Positions 1 to 8,240 are shown, counted from the stretch's first letter. The stretch: DNA of 26,491 nt from Candidatus Bathyarchaeota archaeon B23 (GCA_001593875.1 LUCA01000001.1:1-26491); one strand, 5' to 3'. The notes: generated from the sequence alone by a model not told the origin. Program-made: numbers and translations.

Positions 1-24
1 GAGGCCCTCTTCAGAAACCTGTAG
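1..24 (+). CDS. 3' end of an upstream gene (…EALFRNL*), partial
   Basis: Frame 1 is open from base 1 to TAG at 22-24, directly followed by GGAGG and the ATG at 35. Too short to identify. Confidence 0.3.
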   Translation, partial: EALFRNL

Positions 25-34
25 GAGGAGTTAG

Positions 35-1099
35 ATGCCGATAGTGGAGGCGATAGCCTGGAGGGACGCCCCACCGGATCAGGTCGCCTACAGATATCCG
101 AAGGTCTCCCTCACCTATGGGAGCCAGGTCATAGTGATGGAGAACCAGTGGGCGGTCTTCTTCAGGGATGGGAAGGCCCTCGACGTCTTCGGACCTGGAA
201 GGCACACCATAACGAGCAGGAACATCCCCCTCCTCACCGCCGCCGTGAGGGCCCTAGGGATTATAGGCGACATCTTCGAGTGCGAGGTCATCTTCGTCAA
301 CAACAGTCAACTCAGGGCGAACTTCGGAGGGAAGGCCTACTCCGCCCCCAGCGGGCAGCTCGGCTACCAGGCCGAGGTGGGCTTCTACGGCTACGTCCTA
401 TACCGGGTGGAGGACCCGAAGCTCTTCGTCACGGAGTTCTTTGGGAACAGGAGGGCGACGACCTCGGAGGATGTGGAGAACTACATACGGGGCTTCATAG
501 TCGAGAAGGTGATAGACGCCTTCGCCGAGTTGGACATCTCGAATCTCGTCAGGAACGTCGACGAGATCACCGATAGGATCGCCCTCATCATCAACAGCGA
601 GGCGAGGAGGATAGGCCTCTCTATCCTAGACACCGTCTTCGAGGGGGTCAACATCCCGGAGGAGGCGAGGCGCTTCGCCTCGGGGATGGGGCAGCAGGCG
701 ATGGCGATGCAGTATATGAAGGAGACCGCCGAGGTGATACCGCCGACGGGAGGGGCGGCCGCCGCAGGGATAGGCGCCGGCATCGGCCTAGCCATAGGCT
801 CCCAGCTCGCCAGGGGGATGGAGCGGAGGCCGGAGGCTCAGGGCCTCATCCTCTGCCCCCACTGCGGCCACCAGAATCCAGCGGGTCAAAACTTCTGCGG
901 TAACTGCGGCCATAGCCTCAAGCCGGTCAGGAGGATCAAATGCCCCCACTGCGGGGCGGAGATGCCGGAGACGATGAATTTCTGCGGCAACTGTGGTAAG
1001 CCACTGCCGAAGAGCGAGGTCCTATGCCCCAAATGCGGCGCCAGGAATCCGCCGGGCATGAGGTTCTGCGGCAACTGCGGGGAGAGGCTCCCCACATAA
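35..1099 (+). CDS. SPFH (band 7)-domain protein with three C-terminal double-CxxC zinc ribbons (YdjI-like / DZR)
   Basis: N-terminal pattern IAWRD..YRYP..GSQVIVMENQWAVFFRDGKALDVFGPGRHT; Gly/Ala-rich linker GAGIGAGIGLAIG; six CxxC motifs in three CPxCG..N...NFCGNCG units; GGAGG upstream. Confidence 0.85.
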   Translation: MPIVEAIAWRDAPPDQVAYRYPKVSLTYGSQVIVMENQWAVFFRDGKALDVFGPGRHTITSRNIPLLTAAVRALGIIGDIFECEVIFVNNSQLRANFGGKAYSAPSGQLGYQAEVGFYGYVLYRVEDPKLFVTEFFGNRRATTSEDVENYIRGFIVEKVIDAFAELDISNLVRNVDEITDRIALIINSEARRIGLSILDTVFEGVNIPEEARRFASGMGQQAMAMQYMKETAEVIPPTGGAAAAGIGAGIGLAIGSQLARGMERRPEAQGLILCPHCGHQNPAGQNFCGNCGHSLKPVRRIKCPHCGAEMPETMNFCGNCGKPLPKSEVLCPKCGARNPPGMRFCGNCGERLPT

Positions 1100-1218
1100 G
1101 GTTGGCGACTCGTTCAGGGGGAGGCCTAGACCTCGGGGCTGGGGCAGCTAGAGGGCTCCGTCATTTTAATCAGGCAGTATCCCGCTTCTCCTCTTAGCCC
1201 TTCTTCGGGGAGAAGGCC

Positions 1219-2403
1219 ATGGGAAGACTCCTGCCTCAGGAGGGGAATATCCGTGTCCTCGCCCTTCAGACGGTCTTCTCCCAGCTCGGCTTCGGCATGT
1301 TCTACGTCGTCTGGCAGCCCTATCTGCTCTCCATAGGCGTCTCCGTCGTGGAGCTGGGCCTAGTTCAGACGGCGATAAATCTCAGCTCCGCCGCCGGCTC
1401 CCTCCTCTGGGGCCTCCTCTCCGACGAGGTGGGGCGTAAACCCATCATCGTCGTCTCCTACTTCTGCCGGGTCCTCTCCATGGCACTCCTCCTCCTCTCC
1501 GGCAGCCCCCTCTTCCTCTACCTCTTCGCCTTCCTCCTGGGCTTCTCGGCCTACTATATGCAGGGCAACCCCGCCAGGGGCGCCCTCGTATCGGAGTCGG
1601 TGGAGAGGGAGAGGAGGGCGACGGCCATCAGCGTCCTCATGTCCATCTCCCTCGCCACCTCGACGGTAGCCTCCTCAGCCGGAGGCTACATCGCCCTCAA
1701 GGTCGGCTACCACCCCATCTTCTACCTCTGCATCCTCTGCGACCTCCTGGGCGTCCTCCTCATCCACCTCTTCGTGAGGGAGACCCTACGAGAGAGGGTG
1801 CGACGGATGAGGGGGTGGCTGAGGGGCCTCGAGGCCTCCCTAAAGCCCGAGGGGGGCCTGCTCCCCCTCTACCTCATCGTGGTCCTCCAGGGCGTCGGCT
1901 ACTCCGCCGGCTACTCCCTCTTCTACGGCCTCCTCGTCGACCACTACGGCTTCACAACCCTGGAGCTGGGATTTCTGTCGACGGCCTTCAACCTAGCCTG
2001 GGCCCTCTCATCGATACCCCTGGGCCGCCTCTCGGATCGGCTGGGGCGTAAGCCCCTCCTCCTCTCCTCTTGGACGGCGGCCCTCGTCGCCGCCGTCGGC
2101 TTCCTCCTCTCCCGGAGCCTCTGGATGTTCCTTCTCTTCCAGGTGGTCTCGGCCCTGGACCCGGCGATGTGGATACCGGCCTGGATGGCCCTGGTCTCGG
2201 AGAAGACGCCGTCGACCTCCCTCTCCTCGGCCCTGGGGAGGCTCACCTCCTACTCGAGGCTTGCGGGCATCCCGGCGCCCTACATCGCCTCCCTTCTCTA
2301 CACCCATCACGGCTTCTCAGCCCCCCTTCTGCTGCATGTAGCCATCCTGCTGCTCACCGCCCTCCTCATCCTCTCCGTGGAGGAGGGCGCCCCATCCTCC
2401 TAA
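1219..2403 (+). CDS. MFS transporter
   Basis: About 12 hydrophobic segments; MFS motif A-like GLLSDEVGRK and GRLSDRLGRK in the two halves. Confidence 0.9.
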   Translation: MGRLLPQEGNIRVLALQTVFSQLGFGMFYVVWQPYLLSIGVSVVELGLVQTAINLSSAAGSLLWGLLSDEVGRKPIIVVSYFCRVLSMALLLLSGSPLFLYLFAFLLGFSAYYMQGNPARGALVSESVERERRATAISVLMSISLATSTVASSAGGYIALKVGYHPIFYLCILCDLLGVLLIHLFVRETLRERVRRMRGWLRGLEASLKPEGGLLPLYLIVVLQGVGYSAGYSLFYGLLVDHYGFTTLELGFLSTAFNLAWALSSIPLGRLSDRLGRKPLLLSSWTAALVAAVGFLLSRSLWMFLLFQVVSALDPAMWIPAWMALVSEKTPSTSLSSALGRLTSYSRLAGIPAPYIASLLYTHHGFSAPLLLHVAILLLTALLILSVEEGAPSS

Positions 2404-2512
2404 AATCTCCGTTATTATCCGAAGATGTTGAGACGTTTTTAACATATGTGATACAAAACCCGGGTCTCCCCACCCTCTTCCACGGAAGTTGATGCCCCCC
2501 TCACGTAACACA

Positions 2513-2527
2513 ATCATAATATATGAT
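2513..2527 (+). promoter_or_regulatory. AT-rich near-palindrome ATCATAATATATGAT; candidate TATA box/operator for the structured element
   Basis: TATA-like core sits about 25-30 nt upstream of 2547, the first base of the long stem. Confidence 0.35.
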
Positions 2528-2546
2528 CGATGTGCATAGTCTTGTT

Positions 2547-2687
2547 TGCCCAAGCAGGGGGGTACGCCAAGAATACGTGCATCGAGGCGATGAGCCCTCC
2601 GGTCGAAACGGCTGAAGACCGGTGGGCGACAAAGACGTCGCCCCGATGGGTCGGACATGTATTCAAGGCTTAGACCCTGCTTGGGCA
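2547..2687 (+). ncRNA. Candidate structured ncRNA (or MITE-like element): long rod capped by a four-way junction
   Basis: 13-bp perfect terminal inverted repeat (2547-2559/2675-2687); nested stems 2571-2579/2656-2664 and 2580-2584/2644-2648; three hairpins 2586-2596, 2599-2622, 2624-2643. Strand inferred from the upstream TATA-like box and downstream T-rich tract. Confidence 0.45.
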
Positions 2688-3289
2688 TTCTTCATTTTAG
2701 GCGATCTCGATCGGCGGTTGCCTCCCTCTCCCCTCGGAATCCATTCAAACTCCATCTCGATCTCCAGCCGCCCCTCATCCCATGCGTAGAGGAACTTGAC
2801 GTCGAGGGGCTCCGTGGGCTCCACCCTGATGGCCTCCAACTGGGGGAGGACCTCTGAGAGGTCGAAGCTCCCCCTCTCTAGGCCTCTCCCCAGCTCCTGG
2901 AGGAGATCTCCCAGCTCCCTCCTGGAGAGTTGTCCCCTGAAGCGTCGTATGGCCCTGTGGGCCTCGCCGTAGGCCTCGATGTGCTCGATCAGCCTACTCC
3001 ACCTCGTCATGGCCCTCCCGATGGCCTCCCGCCCCCTCTCCGTTATCCGGTAGTAGCGCCTATCGGGGGCCTCCTCCCTATGCTCAACCCTGCTTGAGAC
3101 CAGCCCCGCCCTCCTCAGCCTCTCCAGGGCTGGATAGATCGTCCCCGCCTTGGGCTCCCAATATCCCCCAAACATCTCCCTAAGCCTCTGTATGATCTGG
3201 TAGCCGTAGTTGGGGCCCTCGGATAGGATCAGCAGCAACCAGAATTGTACGGGGCTTATCTCCCTCCCCCTAGGTATGAGGCCGTGCAT
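2663..3289 (-). CDS. PadR-family transcriptional regulator with C-terminal extension
   Basis: LLILSEGPNYGYQIIQRL..GTIYPALERLRRAGLV..RRYYRITERGR winged-helix signature. Confidence 0.9.
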   Translation of the reverse strand: MHGLIPRGREISPVQFWLLLILSEGPNYGYQIIQRLREMFGGYWEPKAGTIYPALERLRRAGLVSSRVEHREEAPDRRYYRITERGREAIGRAMTRWSRLIEHIEAYGEAHRAIRRFRGQLSRRELGDLLQELGRGLERGSFDLSEVLPQLEAIRVEPTEPLDVKFLYAWDEGRLEIEMEFEWIPRGEGGNRRSRSPKMKNAQAGSKP

Positions 3290-3360
3290 CCCGCTCTCAA
3301 CCTCAATATATGTAGTGAATCTTTATATTTAGATGATCTACTGAGGGTTTGGTGAAGGAT

Positions 3361-3693
3361 GTGAGATGGGTCACAAGGGAGCACGTCCACGTGGATAGGG
3401 TCGCCTCCCCCTGGCTCATAAGCAAGTTCATCGACGGGGATGCGGAGTTCATCTTCGTCCCCTGGCCTGGGTCTCTGCCCACGCCCGAGATGGGGATACC
3501 CTTCGACTTCCCAGGGGCCGACTTCGAGCTGGGACACCACGATGGCAAATGCACCTTCGAGGCCATCGTCGAGAAGTACGACGTCGACGACCCCTGGGTT
3601 AAGGAGATCGCCAAGATAGTCCACGCAGCCGACGTCGCCGCCGACATCGACAAGGCCCCAGAGAAAATCAGGGAGGAAGATATCACAGCATAA
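3361..3693 (+). pseudogene. chrB: Chromate-resistance ChrB C-terminal-domain protein, 3'-truncated
   Basis: MRWVTREHVHVDRVASPWLISKFID..IPFDFPG..LGHHDGKCTFEAIVEKY..IAKIVHAAD matches the family. Similarity stops at APE (about 3663), where base composition shifts; the usual final helices are missing. GTG at 3361 is preferred as start. Confidence 0.7.
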
Positions 3694-3733
3694 TCCAAAA
3701 ACATTATAGAGTTGGAGATCCCCTCTCTGTGAA

Positions 3734-4960
3734 GTGATCTTAAACTTTTCAATTGAGTTGAGGAAGGTTTGGAGGCGTCAAAAGACTAATTGGAAGACAG
3801 TCGTCATCAGGCAGGTCTTCAACCGCTTCTTCGATCAAATGACGATGCAGTATTCCAATATCTACATTAGGGAGCTTGGGGCATCGCCCATAGAACTAGG
3901 TGAGGTGAATAGCGCCTCGGGTATTACAAGCGCCTTGATTTCACTTCCATTGGGTATATTGCAGGATAGATACAGTGTTAGAAAGATCTTTCTATTTGGA
4001 ATTGCCCTGCTTACGCTGGTTCCCCTCATCTATGCCCTCTCAAATAGCTGGGAGTTCACGGCTCTAGCCATACTGCTAACCGGCCTTGGAAATCGACTGG
4101 GATCCTGCGTCGTCATCTGCGACCTTTCACTACCTAATGAGGATAGGGCGACGGGTAAGGCACTATGCGAGGGGCTTGGGGCTATCCCCTCACTTATAGC
4201 CCCAACGGTAGCGGCTTTCATAATCACATGGATTGGTGGCATCAACGTTCGGAGTATAAGACTCCTCTTTTGGATGCAGCTCGTTGCGCGGATAGTTCTC
4301 TTCCTCTATGTAGTCGTCAGATTGACCGAGATCGATAGGCCGCCGAGGAAGGAGAGTGGTTTAAATTTCATGGAAGAGATGCGCGACCTTCTATCTCGTG
4401 GGGTGGCGGTTAGGAGATGGCTGCTCTACATCTCCATAAGCATGTTCACAGGCACCATGATGATGACCTTCCTCTATCCCTATGTCTATGAAGTTAAGGG
4501 GGCAAATCAGTTTATCATAGGGGGTGTTGCAACTCTTATTACCCTATCTGAGGCTCTCTTCTCTATCCCTCTTGGGAGGACCGCCGATAAAGTCGGGCGT
4601 AAGAAAGTGCTCTATATCCTTATTCCCCTTTTTTCACTAGCAAATTTTCTACTGATCCTAATTCCAACGCCCATCTATCTTTTACCAATCGCAGTACTCC
4701 TAGGATTCAGGATGATCGCGGGATATATCGCTGGCTCCATGACCCCTGAGCTGGTGCCAAAAGATTGCATCGGTCGATGGAGGGGTATCATAGGTCTCTC
4801 CACCGGACTCATCACTATACCCGCCCCCATAATTGGAGGAATACTCTGGGAGCGTCTAGGGCCCGGATATATACTCATGACGATAGCCATAATCGATCTC
4901 CTTCTAAGGATGATACTCCTCAAATCCATGCCTGAGACCCTTCACCTTAAACACTCATAG
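3734..4960 (+). CDS. MFS transporter (low-GC, in islet); start uncertain
   Basis: About 12 TM segments; motifs GILQDRYSVRK and GRTADKVGRKK. Confidence 0.88.
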   Translation: MILNFSIELRKVWRRQKTNWKTVVIRQVFNRFFDQMTMQYSNIYIRELGASPIELGEVNSASGITSALISLPLGILQDRYSVRKIFLFGIALLTLVPLIYALSNSWEFTALAILLTGLGNRLGSCVVICDLSLPNEDRATGKALCEGLGAIPSLIAPTVAAFIITWIGGINVRSIRLLFWMQLVARIVLFLYVVVRLTEIDRPPRKESGLNFMEEMRDLLSRGVAVRRWLLYISISMFTGTMMMTFLYPYVYEVKGANQFIIGGVATLITLSEALFSIPLGRTADKVGRKKVLYILIPLFSLANFLLILIPTPIYLLPIAVLLGFRMIAGYIAGSMTPELVPKDCIGRWRGIIGLSTGLITIPAPIIGGILWERLGPGYILMTIAIIDLLLRMILLKSMPETLHLKHS

Positions 4961-5231
4961 AGGATGAGGGTTGATGGTTAACAACAATAGCCACTAATCC
5001 CAAATACCTTGATATCATATTTATATCGATGACTATTTTCTCTGTTAATATCTCCTCCACCATGGATTAGTGATAGACTCTTTTTCTATATGGGAAACTT
5101 CCTATATACCTGGGCATTGGAATAGACATCTAGACACAAGAACTAAGTTCCATCTACTAATATAATGACTTACAGATTAGAAAAATAACAAAATTAAATC
5201 CTCCCAAACCCCCCTTCGATATGATTTATCC

Positions 5232-5353
5232 TCAAAGAATCGATTTTATCATGCTTATTATCCTATCATCTTCTACATAGAGTGTGCTTCTTTGAAAGGC
5301 TTCTCTTTATTTATCGTTGCAATGAGCCCATTCTTAATTAATATGCCTAACAT
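5232..5353 (-). pseudogene. Remnant of the N-terminus of a metal-dependent amidohydrolase (MtaD/deaminase-like)
   Basis: Reads MLGILIKNGLIATINKEKPFKEA, then after a frameshift STLYVEDDRIISM, resembling the ILIKNG.I.T...YIEDDRI N-terminal strands of this family. Stops after about 40 codons. Confidence 0.5.
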
Positions 5354-5393
5354 TGCTCAATCTCATTGACATTTAATAAATCAAATATGATAG

Positions 5394-6083
5394 TTAAGTT
5401 TTCATCGCCTCTTTGAAGAATCTGTTAGCTATCTCCATTAGCTCCTTTTTAACCTTCGATCTGTATTTAACTATAACCTTCTCCTTGATGTCTTGATCCA
5501 CCTCTCCTCGTTTGATTAGCTGCCTCGCTGCCACTGGAACCGCCTCGATGAAGTCCTTAACCAGCTCCTTGCCCTCTGGGTCCCGAAGCATCTCACCAAA
5601 CGGCAGCAGGATGTGAAGCGCGTTGGGGAAGAGATTTCTCACATGGTGGAAAGTACGTTGATCTGGGAAGCCTGACACCGCTATGAGTACGATCTTCTGA
5701 TGTTTGCTCCGATACCTCAGCGGATGGTAGATGATCCCCTGCCTCTCCTCCATCCATGGAAGCAGCAGGGGGAGCATACGTTCCATCATCCTCTGTAAGT
5801 AATGAGTTATATTTTCATTGTAGATAGGTGTGCCAAAGACGATCATATCTGCGTTGAGGTATTCCGATATGATCTTGTCCATGTCGTCTCTATAGATGCA
5901 TCTCCCAGGGGTCTCGGTCCAACATTTGAAGCAGCCGATGCAGCCCTGGATGTCCAGCTCTGTGACGTAGTATTTCTTAACCGTGGCCCCAGCCTCACTT
6001 GCACCGTTGAGGAAGTAGTCGAGTATGATGTCCGTGGTGCCCTGCTGTTTTCTAGGGCTGGTGTTGAACGCTAATACCTTCAT
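5394..6083 (-). CDS. Flavodoxin-like / iron-sulfur flavoprotein (NADPH-dependent FMN reductase family)
   Basis: MKVLAFNTSPRK..GTT flavin-binding start; CIGCFKCW..PGRC Cys motif; ADMIVFGTPIY. True start is ATG 6083; the longer ORF call overlaps the tRNA. Confidence 0.88.
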   Translation of the reverse strand: MKVLAFNTSPRKQQGTTDIILDYFLNGASEAGATVKKYYVTELDIQGCIGCFKCWTETPGRCIYRDDMDKIISEYLNADMIVFGTPIYNENITHYLQRMMERMLPLLLPWMEERQGIIYHPLRYRSKHQKIVLIAVSGFPDQRTFHHVRNLFPNALHILLPFGEMLRDPEGKELVKDFIEAVPVAARQLIKRGEVDQDIKEKVIVKYRSKVKKELMEIANRFFKEAMKT

Positions 6084-6122
6084 CGTCGGAACAGGTTTGT
6101 CTATAAGAGATAATGGTTTTGA

Positions 6123-6209
6123 TGGCGCCGCGGAGGGGATTCGAACCCCTGAGGCCCCGTGGGCCACGGGTTTTCGAGACCCGCCCAATCACCACTCTGG
6201 CACCGCGGC
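6123..6209 (-). tRNA. tRNA-Ser(CGA), CCA encoded, no intron
   Basis: Acceptor GCCGCGG/CCGCGGC + G + CCA; anticodon arm CGGGT-CTCGAAA-ACCCG; long variable arm; GGTTCGAATCC T-loop. Confidence 0.97.
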
Positions 6210-6240
6210 TCCTTTTTGTTTCTGCTGTGAGGCTGCCTAT

Positions 6241-6927
6241 TTAGGTTTCCCTCAGCCTCCTCACGCCCTCCCATCCCTCTTTGGCCTTGGCCTTGATGAT
6301 CTCCAGCGCCTCTTGGGAGGATGTGATCCTGACCTCTTGGCCCGTCGCCATTCTGACGAGATATTCCGCAGCCCTCAGGATTCTCTTGCTCATCTCCGAG
6401 TCGGCTAGGTCTGCGATGTAGACGATGAGGGCTTCTAGGGTTTTTGGCTCTATGGGTCCTCTGTCTCCGTGGTGGGCGGCTATTATGTGGAGGAGCTCTA
6501 GGGGGAGGCCCCGCCTATAGGCCTCGGCGACTAGGAGGGTGAGGTGGTCTAGGCGTTCCCCCAGGGGTGGGGAGAGATATCCGCCCCCCGGCTTTGGCGT
6601 GTAGACGTAGCGCTTCATAACGTCGTGGAGGAGCGCCCCAGCGAGGGCCAAGTCTCGATCCACCTCGCCTCCGTAGAGCTCCTCGATGAGGTCGCAGAGG
6701 GTGAGCGTAAGCCTTGCGACGGATACCGTATGCTGCAGCAATCCTCCCCTATAGGCGTGGTGGACTCGGGCTCCGGCAGGCGTCTCATCCAGGGGTAGGG
6801 CCTCTCCCTCGAGTGGGATGTCGCCGTCCATTAGGAGCTCTCTAACCCTCAGGCGGAGCTCCTCATCCCCTATGAGCTCCAGCAGTTCCTCCAGCTCAGC
6901 TTTCAGCCTCTCCATGTTGAGGCTCAT
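6241..6927 (-). CDS. HD-domain phosphohydrolase, YhaM/Cbf1-like, lacking the OB fold
   Basis: HHAYRGGLLQHT, ALLHDVMK, IIAAHHG and EALIVYIAD motifs. Start at 6927 or 6915. Confidence 0.8.
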   Translation of the reverse strand: MSLNMERLKAELEELLELIGDEELRLRVRELLMDGDIPLEGEALPLDETPAGARVHHAYRGGLLQHTVSVARLTLTLCDLIEELYGGEVDRDLALAGALLHDVMKRYVYTPKPGGGYLSPPLGERLDHLTLLVAEAYRRGLPLELLHIIAAHHGDRGPIEPKTLEALIVYIADLADSEMSKRILRAAEYLVRMATGQEVRITSSQEALEIIKAKAKEGWEGVRRLRET

Positions 6928-7067
6928 TTCACCCTTAATGGCTTCATTCTCCCTATATCTCTTCCCGCCTAAGGGGTTCAGTTCAACCCTCACCATCGGC
7001 CATGCCTGGGAAAAATCGCATTGTTATCGGGAAGGTTTATCCCTCAATCCTCGATGAATTCTATGCC

Positions 7068-8240
7068 TTGGCTGGGGGCTGGTCTCTGAGGGTTTATGTC
7101 GCCGCCTCATCGGTGATGCTCCTCGTCCTCTCCTGGTCCACCGTCGCCCCGATATTCCCGCTCTACGTCCGCTCCCTCGGGGCTTCGATCTTCCTCCTCG
7201 GCCTCCTCATGGCCATCAGCAGCCTCATGGGCCTCATCTTCAGGATTCCCCTCGCCGCCCTCAGCGATAGGGTTGGCCGTGTGAGGATGCTCCTCCTCGG
7301 CCTCCTCGTCGCCTCCACCTCCTCCCTCCTCTACGCCCTCGCCTCCAACCCCCTCCAGCTGTTGCCCATCATCATCTATCAGACCCTCCCCTTCTCCTAC
7401 TTCAACCCCGTGGCGGCCTCCATAGTCTCCGACCTCGCCCCCTCGGAGCGGCAGGGAGAGGTGATGGGGAGATACCTCATCTCCCCCTCCCTGGGCCTGG
7501 TCCTCGGCCCGGTGCTCTGCAGCCTCCTCGTCGACCATCTAGGCTATAGGGGGCTCTTCCTCGCCTCCGCCCTCTTCCCCCTCCTCGGCTTTCTCCTCCT
7601 ACTCCTCCTGCCGCCCAGGGTTCCCAGACGGGGGTTGGAGCAGCCCAGCGTCGCCACATCGCTGAGGGAGGTGGTGACGGATCGGAGCCTCCTCCTCCTC
7701 TCCTACTGTCGAGCCGCCTTCTCCACCTCCCACTCCATCTTCGCCACCCTCTTCTCCCTCTACGCCGTCGACGTCCTGGGGCTGGCCCCCTCCCAGGTGG
7801 CCGCCCTCTTCACCGTTAGGGGCGTCACCAACGTCGTCGTGAGGCTGCCGGCGGGGAGGGCCTCAGACAGGGTGGGGAGGAGGCCCCTCCTCATCGTCGC
7901 CTATGCCGCCATAGTCCTCGTCAACCTCCTCATCGCCAGGGCCGGCGGCCTCCCCCTCCTGGTCCTCAGCCTCCTCCTCTACGGCCTAGCCTGGGGCACC
8001 AGAGCCGTCTCCGAGTGGGCCTACCTCGCCGACGCCGTCAGACCCGAGGTGAAGACCGTCGCCTTCTCCTACCTCTCCACCATCTTCGGCCTAGGCTCCA
8101 TGCTGGGCAGCATACTGGCCGGAGCCCTATCCCTGAGGATATCCTACGGCGAGATCTTCCTCGTCGCCGCCCTCCTAAACCTCTCCTCCGTCTCCCTCAC
8201 CCTAACCCTGAGGGATGTCAGACCAGCGGGTCGAAGATGA
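7068..8240 (+). CDS. MFS transporter
   Basis: AALSDRVGR and GRASDRVGRR motifs; about 12 TM segments. TTG 7068 is chosen as start because it lies about 28 nt after a TTTAT box; the ORF is open from 7002. Confidence 0.88.
   Translation: MAGGWSLRVYVAASSVMLLVLSWSTVAPIFPLYVRSLGASIFLLGLLMAISSLMGLIFRIPLAALSDRVGRVRMLLLGLLVASTSSLLYALASNPLQLLPIIIYQTLPFSYFNPVAASIVSDLAPSERQGEVMGRYLISPSLGLVLGPVLCSLLVDHLGYRGLFLASALFPLLGFLLLLLLPPRVPRRGLEQPSVATSLREVVTDRSLLLLSYCRAAFSTSHSIFATLFSLYAVDVLGLAPSQVAALFTVRGVTNVVVRLPAGRASDRVGRRPLLIVAYAAIVLVNLLIARAGGLPLLVLSLLLYGLAWGTRAVSEWAYLADAVRPEVKTVAFSYLSTIFGLGSMLGSILAGALSLRISYGEIFLVAALLNLSSVSLTLTLRDVRPAGRR

Larger units (their letters stand above)
3664..6122. mobile_element. Low-GC islet abutting the 3' end of tRNA-Ser(CGA); no integrase, decaying
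   Basis: Visibly more AT-rich than the flanks, with AT-ending codons. The right edge is the tRNA CCA end and the left edge is the chrB breakpoint. Contains a gene remnant. No att duplication found. Confidence 0.6.

Noticed and set aside
850-1080. Recurring CTGCGGCAACTG-like repeats that might suggest an array
   Set aside because: They are the codons of the tandem zinc-ribbon motifs, not CRISPR or a DNA repeat.
2584-2622. Fluoride (crcB) riboswitch resemblance (GGCGATG...AAAC...GCTGAAGAC)
   Set aside because: The P1 partner and pseudoknot complement are missing, and no gene lies downstream in the same orientation.
2580-2648. Hammerhead ribozyme-like words (GATGA...GAAAC...GTC)
   Set aside because: The core reads GCGAUGA instead of CUGANGA, stem II is weak, stem I only pairs in a register that removes C3/U4, and the competing hairpins are much stronger.
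2547-2687. 5S rRNA, SRP RNA, H/ACA guide or intron-containing tRNA
   Set aside because: It lacks the conserved 5S and SRP helix-8 motifs, a TTCGA T-loop and a bulge-helix-bulge. A minus-strand ACA follows the stem, but the apex is too large and branched for an H/ACA hairpin.
3600-3760. attL/attR duplication of the tRNA-Ser 3' end at the islet's left edge
   Set aside because: No copy of GCCGCGGAGGGGATTCG or similar was found near the junction.
6084-6188. N-terminal extension of the flavoprotein ORF (5394..6188)
   Set aside because: It runs through the tRNA-Ser gene; the family-typical start is MKVLAF at 6083.
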